Shown here one piece after another: positions 56,802-64,000 of a stretch of 64,000 nucleotides of DNA. The translations under genes and the position numbers were made by a program. The notes under the pieces were generated by a model. The model made no database searches. It saw only the letters and a program-made list of their open reading frames with translations, and was not told where the DNA came from. This DNA comes from Thermoproteota archaeon (GTDB lineage: Archaea > Korarchaeota > Korarchaeia > Korarchaeales > Korarchaeaceae), in the NCBI GenBank assembly GCA_027491785.1, contig JAOZGJ010000040.1, positions 630 through 64,629 of the forward strand, read 5' to 3'. How positions within the stretch are numbered: position 1 is the first letter of the stretch; each line of letters starts with the position of its first letter.

Positions 56802-57603
56802 CTCTCACGAGACCCTTCTTATCTATAATACCCGCTAATTCCTCTCCCCTGAATACGGGTATAGCACTTACCTGCCACTCTATCATTAGCCTCGCTGCCT
56901 TAGCGGCATCCTCCTCAGGACTCAGCTTAACCCTGATTTCTTTCATTATATGTTGAGCCGACCTTACTCTCGTATCGATACTCATCCTGCCAGTTCTAGA
57001 TGGAATTAGCACATACCTTTTAGCTAGATTAGGCTCCCAGAGAGCTATATCCCCTTCTGTAATTATCCCTAGGTAACTGCCATTAGAACCGATAATTAGA
57101 ACCCTACTTCCCTTTGCTATAAGCTTTGCTACTTTCTTTAGGTTTGTATTAGGTGATATGACCTTATATTCACTGTTCATAAGATCATTAATCTTGAACC
57201 TGCCCTTCAGCCCCTCTGAGAAATATCTTGATACATCCGTCTCGGTTATTATTCCCACAAGAGCTGAGTCTTTGACTACGGGCAAACCACCAAAACCTTT
57301 GCTACTCATAATTCTAGCAGCTGTGGAAATAGATTCCTCAGGACTTATCGTAATGGGATTCCTCGTCATGAACCTATCCACCAGCGAATTCTCTGGATCT
57401 CTCCATCTCCATGGAGCTCCTCTTCTGGCTAAAATTTTGGCTACATCAACTGCTGTTATAATTCCGACAACATTTCCTCCATCTACGACGACAAGTCTCC
57501 TGATCTTCCTCTCCAGCATTAGATTTCGGGCCCTACCTAAGGTGTCTTGGGGGGTCACAGTAACAACACTAGTACTCATATACTCCTTAACCTTTGCTCC
57601 CAA
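56782..57603 (-). CDS. CBS-domain protein (4 CBS)
   Basis: Repeated CBS motifs. Confidence 0.92.
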   Translation of the reverse strand: MGAKVKEYMSTSVVTVTPQDTLGRARNLMLERKIRRLVVVDGGNVVGIITAVDVAKILARRGAPWRWRDPENSLVDRFMTRNPITISPEESISTAARIMSSKGFGGLPVVKDSALVGIITETDVSRYFSEGLKGRFKINDLMNSEYKVISPNTNLKKVAKLIAKGSRVLIIGSNGSYLGIITEGDIALWEPNLAKRYVLIPSRTGRMSIDTRVRSAQHIMKEIRVKLSPEEDAAKAARLMIEWQVSAIPVFRGEELAGIIDKKGLVRGAANAS

Positions 57604-57616
57604 TTAGGTCCCCCTA

Positions 57617-58114
57617 TTATATGAGGCTCCAACCCTTCTTAGACTTAGCTAGTCTCAATTTCTCTGATAAGATGAACCATATATGAGGAGCCACCTTTAA
57701 TACGTCTCTAGATGAAACTATTCCTACTACATCACGATTGGAGTTTATGACTATCAATCTCCTTACGTTATGGTCCACCATTATCCTAGCAGCTTCGTCT
57801 ATATCAGCGTTATCTCTTATCACAATAGGTTCCTTTGTCATAACCTCCTCAATTTTTACCTCATCAGGCTTCCTCCCATCTTCTTTCGCTATATATCTCG
57901 AAATAAGGTCTCTCTCAGTCACTATACCCTTCAGTTCTCCTCCCTCCATCACAACAACTGAGCCTATATTGTATTCGCTCATGAGCTTAGCCGCTTTATA
58001 GACCGTGTCTTGGGGGGTCACAGTTATCAGATTTCTATTCATTATCTCAGATACTTTTAGCCGAATCCTTGGCTCCTCTCCCTTTTCGGGAATTAATGAC
58101 CACATAACGATCAC
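57617..58114 (-). CDS. CBS-domain protein (2 CBS)
   Basis: VSEIMNRNLITV, GIVTERD and VRRLIV motifs. Confidence 0.92.
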   Translation of the reverse strand: MIVMWSLIPEKGEEPRIRLKVSEIMNRNLITVTPQDTVYKAAKLMSEYNIGSVVVMEGGELKGIVTERDLISRYIAKEDGRKPDEVKIEEVMTKEPIVIRDNADIDEAARIMVDHNVRRLIVINSNRDVVGIVSSRDVLKVAPHIWFILSEKLRLAKSKKGWSLI

Positions 58115-60018
58115 TCCATAATATCTACTTTTCCTGGAGGCATCACTCTCAATATATCATCCAAGTTTATGTCTGGCTCTGCCGAGACATCAGATACTCC
58201 ATCTATTTTAATGTTTTTGCGGAGCCAAGCTTCTATCCTATTTTTTAACATTTTAGCAGCAGCCTCCTTACCTAAAGAACCAGGTCTCAAACAAATTGAG
58301 TAGAGGAATGGGGCATCAGCTGGTGCTGAGGTTAGCTTCACGCCATCGGGCGTCTCTTGAAATCCGACACATATCTCTAACTTAACCCTCAGATAGTTCC
58401 TCCTTCCAGTAATGTAGAAACTTCCCTTTGGCAGGTACATCCCATGAGGGGCATGCTTTGATACCTGATTCCCTCTAACGTAATAGACATCAGCGGATAG
58501 AAGGCCTTCTCTCCAAGCTCTAGAGAAAGATGCCGCTGCTACTGCTGCTTGATGGATAGAATCATTATCTGGCTCCTTTTCTCCTGACTTTAGTACAACT
58601 ACTGATCCCCCTGGCATATCTACGTGGAAGAACAGATCACTTTCATCTAAATGCTTTGATACTATCTCAGAGTTACTTTGAGCATCTCTACCTCCTATCA
58701 CAAGGAATCCTGATGATGTGAAGAACCATCTAAATTTCTCATACCATCTTAGTCTCTTCCTCTTAGTAGGAAGCCTGCTAATACGGAATTCTTCAGTCTC
58801 TTCCTCCATTCTCCTTAGTCTCTCCTTTAAGGACGAAATTGCCTTCTCCATTCTCTCATATTTCTCCCTCAACTTCTTTGCTCTTTTATAGTATTCTGTT
58901 GCGTTATCTGATGCCGATTTAAGGAAGTTTAGTCTGACCTCCTCACCATTAAGTGAGACGTACATAATTCCCGATCTCTTATCGATCCTCCTCACAATGG
59001 AGGATAGCTCTCCTTCTCTGGCCTTCTTTATAGCTTCATTAACTGAATTCAAATGAAGGTATATTAGATCTCCTATGGATTTCAGCTTATCAGACTCTTC
59101 CCTATACTCCTCTCTTAAGCTCTCTTGTCTCTCTATTTCCTTCTTAATGGATATGATACGGGAATCTCCAGGGACCTTCATTTCTCGGGAGGTATAATAA
59201 AGTTGTATTGCCTTAGAGAGAGTGCCAGTTCTCCTCAAATCACCGGGTAGGCTTTTCAATGGAAATACAGCGAAATTCTCTATGACCCCTTCCCTAATAT
59301 ATATAACAGGATCTGTCTCTCTAACGAGGAATTCCCATATAACTCGAGCTAGATCACTAATCATATCCTTAGAACTAGATAGCTTATTTCTCAGATCTAA
59401 ATCAAGCTTTACAGATATCTCGTCCAAATATGGGGGACCTATTCCAAATAGCTCAACCAGTACCTTCCATACTGGCTTCTGGAGATATTCCTCAGAGGAC
59501 AGAAGTTCTTCTATTATAGAGACTGACCATCCGTTTGGCATGGCCTTCCTTGTAGGAGGTTTGTAAATCTCTCCAATTCTCAACGTTCTTCCTCTATACT
59601 CAGCTCTCTTTAGTAACGAGATAATCCTATCATTCTCCGCTAGTATTATATTACCTCCTCCGAATAACTCAAAAATGAGCTTGAGAGAGCGATCCCTTCC
59701 AGCAAGTTTTAAGAGTAAAATGCGTTCCATCCCCATCTGCTCGGCAGATGAAATTTTTTTACCTTCTAGGTGCTTCCTAAGGGACATCACAAAAGGAGGA
59801 GGTACCTTCGGTTTTCTCCATTTAAGATCCGTGAGGAAAGCGAAACCATTAATATCCACTATAAGCTCTCTACAAGAATCAACCTCCGGGTAGAATACAA
59901 GAGAGAACGTATGATCGTCTATTGAATAAACTTTCTTTAGGATCCTTCCCTCTAGAGAAGATAATTCCATGGATAGATGCCTTATATCGAGACCAGTGAG
60001 CTTCCTTTCCCTTCCCAT
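58111..60018 (-). CDS. rqcH: ribosome quality control factor Rqc2/NEMF (RqcH)
   Basis: FVMSLRKHL, ERI, ELFGGGNIIL, WYEKFRWF, GGRDAQSN and GSFYITG motifs. Confidence 0.95.
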   Translation of the reverse strand: MGRERKLTGLDIRHLSMELSSLEGRILKKVYSIDDHTFSLVFYPEVDSCRELIVDINGFAFLTDLKWRKPKVPPPFVMSLRKHLEGKKISSAEQMGMERILLLKLAGRDRSLKLIFELFGGGNIILAENDRIISLLKRAEYRGRTLRIGEIYKPPTRKAMPNGWSVSIIEELLSSEEYLQKPVWKVLVELFGIGPPYLDEISVKLDLDLRNKLSSSKDMISDLARVIWEFLVRETDPVIYIREGVIENFAVFPLKSLPGDLRRTGTLSKAIQLYYTSREMKVPGDSRIISIKKEIERQESLREEYREESDKLKSIGDLIYLHLNSVNEAIKKAREGELSSIVRRIDKRSGIMYVSLNGEEVRLNFLKSASDNATEYYKRAKKLREKYERMEKAISSLKERLRRMEEETEEFRISRLPTKRKRLRWYEKFRWFFTSSGFLVIGGRDAQSNSEIVSKHLDESDLFFHVDMPGGSVVVLKSGEKEPDNDSIHQAAVAAASFSRAWREGLLSADVYYVRGNQVSKHAPHGMYLPKGSFYITGRRNYLRVKLEICVGFQETPDGVKLTSAPADAPFLYSICLRPGSLGKEAAAKMLKNRIEAWLRKNIKIDGVSDVSAEPDINLDDILRVMPPGKVDIME

Positions 60019-60071
60019 ACTAATCAGTTAGAACTCCATCTCAGTTTATATATTCAATTGGTGATTGGAGC

Positions 60072-60947
60072 ATGATGGAAGCAAGACATAAGGTCTATTA
60101 CTTCAGAGTACTTATCTCTTCATTAGCTGGACTGGCAAGTGGCCTAATAGGCCTAACTTCGATAGAGGGGCTTAGTCTATTTCTTCTAACATACTTCCTA
60201 GTAACTCCGGTTTCATTGAGGCTATGGGGGAATGAACTTAAAGATACTGGGCTCATTAAACTATATAAGGAGGCAGTGGGATCATCATTTCTAGCTTTCC
60301 TCCTTGTTTGGGTTCTAGTGATAAATCTAATGGGATTAGGAGTATCTATATATGTAGTAAGAACATCTAGCAGTGGTATCTATCCTATACAAACATTAGA
60401 CGGAAGAACGGTAGGTCCTGACGAACGGCCATTTGCTGGCTATAATGCGGTATTTCTAAACGTATCTAACGGAAAAATTAAGGATATATATGTGGGTACT
60501 TATGCTAAAAAATCCTATGAAACAACCCAGTTATACTTAAGCAATACTAAAATCAAGCTATGGAATAATGGTACATTGCTTATAGAGGGTAGTTATAATC
60601 TCTCATCGGATAGGGACTCGATACGCATAAGGAAGCTCTTTAAAAACGTGACTTTATATAGAAATGGCACTCTGATCTTAGATGGTGCTAAGTTAAGTTT
60701 GGGAGATTCAAAGAGCTTTACTCTGGGAAATATAACAATAAATGTTCTTTATAACTCTAAGGACACTATTCATTTGAAGCTTATCTCTAGAAAGGATAAG
60801 GTGACTGAATATCCAACTTCGGTATTTATAAGCCTCATAGAGGAAAAAGGTAATTACATTTACGTGTTCGATTCCTTAAAACCGATATGGAAGACTAGAA
60901 CTGCTAGAGTAGATGAAAGTTACCTAATTGTACTTCCATCAGGGTGA
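60072..60947 (+). CDS. EMC6-like three-TM protein fused to an extracellular beta-rich domain
   Basis: N-terminal YFRVLISSLAGLASGLIGLT...SFLAFLLVWVLVINL resembles EMC6; C-terminal domain carries six N-X-S/T sequons. Confidence 0.7.
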   Translation: MMEARHKVYYFRVLISSLAGLASGLIGLTSIEGLSLFLLTYFLVTPVSLRLWGNELKDTGLIKLYKEAVGSSFLAFLLVWVLVINLMGLGVSIYVVRTSSSGIYPIQTLDGRTVGPDERPFAGYNAVFLNVSNGKIKDIYVGTYAKKSYETTQLYLSNTKIKLWNNGTLLIEGSYNLSSDRDSIRIRKLFKNVTLYRNGTLILDGAKLSLGDSKSFTLGNITINVLYNSKDTIHLKLISRKDKVTEYPTSVFISLIEEKGNYIYVFDSLKPIWKTRTARVDESYLIVLPSG

Positions 60948-60951
60948 TTGC

Positions 60952-61359
60952 TTGGGCAGAAGGCCCATAGAAGTTGAAGCAGATATCGGATTTGAGGTCT
61001 GGTCAGAAGATCTTAATGAGCTATTTGAGGAAGCAGCTTTGGCAATGTATGAAATAATGGTGGATGTTAAAAGAGTTAAGCCGAAAGAGGAAAGGGTGAT
61101 TCAGATAAAATCAGAGGGAATAGATATGCTTTTACATGACTGGCTTTCAGAGCTTCTCTATATTACAGATGTGGAAAGTATGGTATTCTCTAGGTTTGAA
61201 GTAAGCATCAATGATTCTGAACTGGAAGGGAGGGCATTCGGTGAACCAATAAAACCTGAGCATAATCCTAAGACAGAGATAAAAGCTGTAACATATCATA
61301 AACTTAATGTGAGTAAAGAGAATGATTTTTGGCGAGCAACAGTGATCCTAGATATATGA
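60952..61359 (+). CDS. archease
   Basis: ADIGFEV, LLHDWLSELLY and EIKAVTYH motifs; C-terminal LDI; TTG start after GGTGA. Confidence 0.93.
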   Translation: MGRRPIEVEADIGFEVWSEDLNELFEEAALAMYEIMVDVKRVKPKEERVIQIKSEGIDMLLHDWLSELLYITDVESMVFSRFEVSINDSELEGRAFGEPIKPEHNPKTEIKAVTYHKLNVSKENDFWRATVILDI

Positions 61360-61476
61360 CCTGGCTAGGTTAGGCTGTAGCAATATCTATCTTCACAGAA
61401 TTCCTCTCTTTTACCATGCTAAACTTTAATAAACCCTAAGCTTGTCTTGTGCTGGAAAGTTAACGGGGTGTACATA

Positions 61477-62484
61477 ATGCCAAGGAGGCACGGTTCGCTG
61501 CAATTCGCTCCTAGAAAGAGAGCAAAGACTCAAAAAGCTGTATTTAGATCCTATCCTGATCTAAAATTAGATAAACCAACTTTAGTAGCCTTCCCTGGCT
61601 ATAAGGTTGGGATGGTCCATGTATTACTGAAGGAGGATAGGCCAGGAAAGTTGAATATAGGCCAGCTTATTACCTTAGCCTCTACCGTTATTGAAACGCC
61701 TCCTATAAAAGTGATAGGTTTTAGACCCTATGTAGCCAGCTATTATGGCCTGAAGGCCCTAACTACAGCTCTAAAAATAGGTAAGGATGATATTATAAGT
61801 AAGTACCTAACCGTAGGCGATGGCGTTGACAACTGGGATAATGCCTTAAGTAAACTTGAGGATGGGAGAGATAAAATCAGAGAAGTAAGGATTTTAGCCT
61901 ATACGAGACCGGATTTAGCGGGCATTCATAAGAAGAAACCAGAACTAGTTGAAATACCAGTAAGAGGGGGATCCATTGGAGAAAGAATGGAGTTTTCCGA
62001 ATCCATAATAGGGTCTTTGATTAAAATAGATCAGGTGTTTAAGAAGGGCCAGTTAATAGACGTTACAGGAGTCACTAAAGGACATGGTTGGCAAGGGGTT
62101 GTGAGGAGGTTCGGTATAGAGTTGCTCAGGCATAAAGCTGGGAAGGGAAGATGGAGAGTTGGGAGCCTAGGATCTAGGCATCCTCCATACATTACTTGGA
62201 GAGTTCCTAGAGCAGGACAGACTGGATATCATAAGAGAACAGAGTATAACAAGAGAATACTGATAATGGAAGATTTGACCCAAGAGAATTCGTTGGATGT
62301 CACTCCAAGCGGTGGCTTCAAAAACTATGGTGTACTTAGGAGTCAGTACATTGTGGTTTCCGGTTCTATACCAGGCCCAACAAAGAGGTTCGTCTTCATA
62401 AGGCACCCAATAAGACCTAAGTACGATGAACTTCCCATTCCCGAAATTAGCTATGTGAGTTCGGTAGGATGGCTAAAGAGGTGA
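61477..62484 (+). CDS. rpl3: 50S ribosomal protein L3
   Basis: PRRHGSLQFAPRKRA, GYKVGM, TKGHGWQG and RAGQTGYHKRTEYNKRI motifs. Confidence 0.98.
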   Translation: MPRRHGSLQFAPRKRAKTQKAVFRSYPDLKLDKPTLVAFPGYKVGMVHVLLKEDRPGKLNIGQLITLASTVIETPPIKVIGFRPYVASYYGLKALTTALKIGKDDIISKYLTVGDGVDNWDNALSKLEDGRDKIREVRILAYTRPDLAGIHKKKPELVEIPVRGGSIGERMEFSESIIGSLIKIDQVFKKGQLIDVTGVTKGHGWQGVVRRFGIELLRHKAGKGRWRVGSLGSRHPPYITWRVPRAGQTGYHKRTEYNKRILIMEDLTQENSLDVTPSGGFKNYGVLRSQYIVVSGSIPGPTKRFVFIRHPIRPKYDELPIPEISYVSSVGWLKR

Positions 62485-62487
62485 TCT

Positions 62488-63279
62488 ATGATGCAAATAC
62501 CTGTATTCAACTTAAATGGTGAGAAAATAAAGGAGATAGAGCTTCCTCCTATATTTAAGTTTGAGGTACGGCCCGATATAATAAGGAGAACCTACATCTC
62601 ACAATTAACTGCTAGGATTCAGCCTCAAGGTAGAGATCCCTTGGCAGGACTACGAACATCAGCTGAATCTTGGGGAGCTGGACATGGTGTAGCTAGAGTT
62701 CCAAGATTTAAAGGAAGAGGATATCCGGCTGCAAGTAGGGCTGCTAGAGCTGTTATGACTGTAGGTGGTGTAAAAACTAAGGCTCCTAGATCTTGGAAGA
62801 GGATCAGAGAGAGAGTTAACCAGAAGGAGAGAAAACTAGCCATTATTTCAGCGATCGCCGCGACTAGTAGGATCGACTTAGTTAGCTCTAAGCATAGAAT
62901 AGATGGTATAGAGCAAGTACCATTTGTTCTCTCTGATGAGTTAGAGGGAGTGAGGAAGACATCTAAGCTTTACGCCCTGATGGTAAAGCTGGGTCTTAAA
63001 GAAGAGTTAGATAGGAATAAGAGAAGGTTCGAGAAGATAAGAGCAGGAAAAGGAAAGATGAGAGGGCGTGTCAGGCAGAGATCGAAAGGACCTCTGATAA
63101 TATACCTAAATGAGGGATCTTATATAAGCAGGGCAGCTAGGAATATACCAGGCGTTGAGACAGTGGCTCTAAGGAATTTAAGTGTCATGCATTTAGCTCC
63201 CGGAGGAATCCCTGGTAGGCTTACCCTATGGACCGAAGGAGCTCTTAATTCCTTGCAAGAGGTGATGGGTATTGTCTAA
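62488..63279 (+). CDS. rpl4: 50S ribosomal protein L4
   Basis: [31 protein letters not shown] and [10 protein letters not shown] motifs. Confidence 0.98.
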   Translation: MMQIPVFNLNGEKIKEIELPPIFKFEVRPDIIRRTYISQLTARIQPQGRDPLAGLRTSAESWGAGHGVARVPRFKGRGYPAASRAARAVMTVGGVKTKAPRSWKRIRERVNQKERKLAIISAIAATSRIDLVSSKHRIDGIEQVPFVLSDELEGVRKTSKLYALMVKLGLKEELDRNKRRFEKIRAGKGKMRGRVRQRSKGPLIIYLNEGSYISRAARNIPGVETVALRNLSVMHLAPGGIPGRLTLWTEGALNSLQEVMGIV

Positions 63280-63547
63280 GAGATTTGATCCGTACCGAAT
63301 ACTAAAAGCACCTATATCTACTGAAAAAGCTGTAAGAATTATTAATGAGGAGAATAAACTTGCTTTCTATGTTGATAGAAGGGCAAATAAGAAGGAGATC
63401 AAAAGAGCTGTGGAAGAAGCTTTAGATGTAAAAGTTGAGAAAGTATGGACTATTATAACGGTAGATGGAAGGAAGAAGGCATATGTTAAGCTTACTCCTG
63501 AATATAGGGCCTCGGACATAGCTGCGAAACTTGGAGTCATCGGGTGA
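63272..63547 (+). CDS. rpl23: 50S ribosomal protein L23
   Basis: [15 protein letters not shown] and KKAYVKL motifs. Confidence 0.97.
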   Translation: MSKRFDPYRILKAPISTEKAVRIINEENKLAFYVDRRANKKEIKRAVEEALDVKVEKVWTIITVDGRKKAYVKLTPEYRASDIAAKLGVIG

Positions 63548-63552
63548 TCTTT

Positions 63553-64000
63553 ATGGGTAAACATATACTGGTTCAGAGGAAGGGAAGAGGAGGAATCCAA
63601 TTCAGATCGAGGGACCATCTCAAAATATCCCCAGTTAGATATCCATCCACTGGATTTGATTCCCTGAGGAGGGGTATAATAAGAGCTATACTTCACGAAC
63701 CTGGAAGACACACACCCATATCTCTAGTGGAGCTCGAAGATGGGACGAAATTCTATTATGTAGCCCCTGAGGGCATATATGAAGGCCAAGAAATAGAGAT
63801 GGGTACAGGAGCCAAAATTAGAACCGGAAACATTCTACCGCTTTCTGAGATCCCTGATGGGACTCTCGTTTCTAATATAGAAATAAGGCCCGGAGATGGA
63901 GGAAAGCTAGCTAGAAGGAGTGGAACATATGCTCTAGTCTTTTCTCATGAGGGTGATAGGGTCTTACTTAGACTTCCCTCAAGAAAGGAGAAATTCGTGG
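63553..64000 (+). CDS. rpl2: 50S ribosomal protein L2 (partial, runs off the window)
   Basis: MGKHILVQRKGRGG...HEPGR...NIEIRPGDGGKLARRSG. Confidence 0.97.
   Translation, partial: MGKHILVQRKGRGGIQFRSRDHLKISPVRYPSTGFDSLRRGIIRAILHEPGRHTPISLVELEDGTKFYYVAPEGIYEGQEIEMGTGAKIRTGNILPLSEIPDGTLVSNIEIRPGDGGKLARRSGTYALVFSHEGDRVLLRLPSRKEKFV

Noticed and set aside
794-63711. Many antisense or overlapping ORFs in the track (e.g. 794-1294+, 6301-6804-, 8104-8499-, 19120-19623+, 57158-57607+, 63367-63711-)
   Set aside because: They are shadows of well-supported genes on the opposite strand, with Ser/Ile/Pro-rich antisense composition, no SD and no motifs.

Overview
Archaeal core-genome window, very probably from a Korarchaeota (Korarchaeia) chromosome. 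The evidence for this is the 16S rRNA 5' end, an intron-containing tRNA-Ile(UAU), FtsZ/SepF division genes alongside TACK-type informational genes, and GGTGA Shine-Dalgarno motifs. It holds the start of a 16S rRNA gene, 16 tRNAs, two box C/D sRNAs and about 70 CDS for translation, RNA processing, transcription, cell division, lipid and glycan synthesis, glycine cleavage and DNA repair. The only mobile element seen is a LAGLIDADG intein in RtcB; no CRISPR array, IS element or provirus was seen. The strongest novel signal is a candidate programmed -1 ribosomal frameshift (G GAU UUU, a downstream hairpin and upstream SD-like motifs) that would fuse a MoxR AAA+ ATPase to its vWA partner. Other notable signals: (i) essential genes that appear to need near-cognate start codons (rnp4 CUG, kae1 AUA, probably tyrS ACG); (ii) an EMC6-like membrane protein fused to a glycosylated extracellular domain; (iii) head-to-head AglH/GPT paralogs, one lacking the catalytic Asp; (iv) an XPD / degenerate RecA-fold / RadA-paralog cluster behind cdrS-ftsZ2; (v) a tRNA-Gly(CCC) with C33. 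All family assignments come from motif recognition by eye; no database searches were run.
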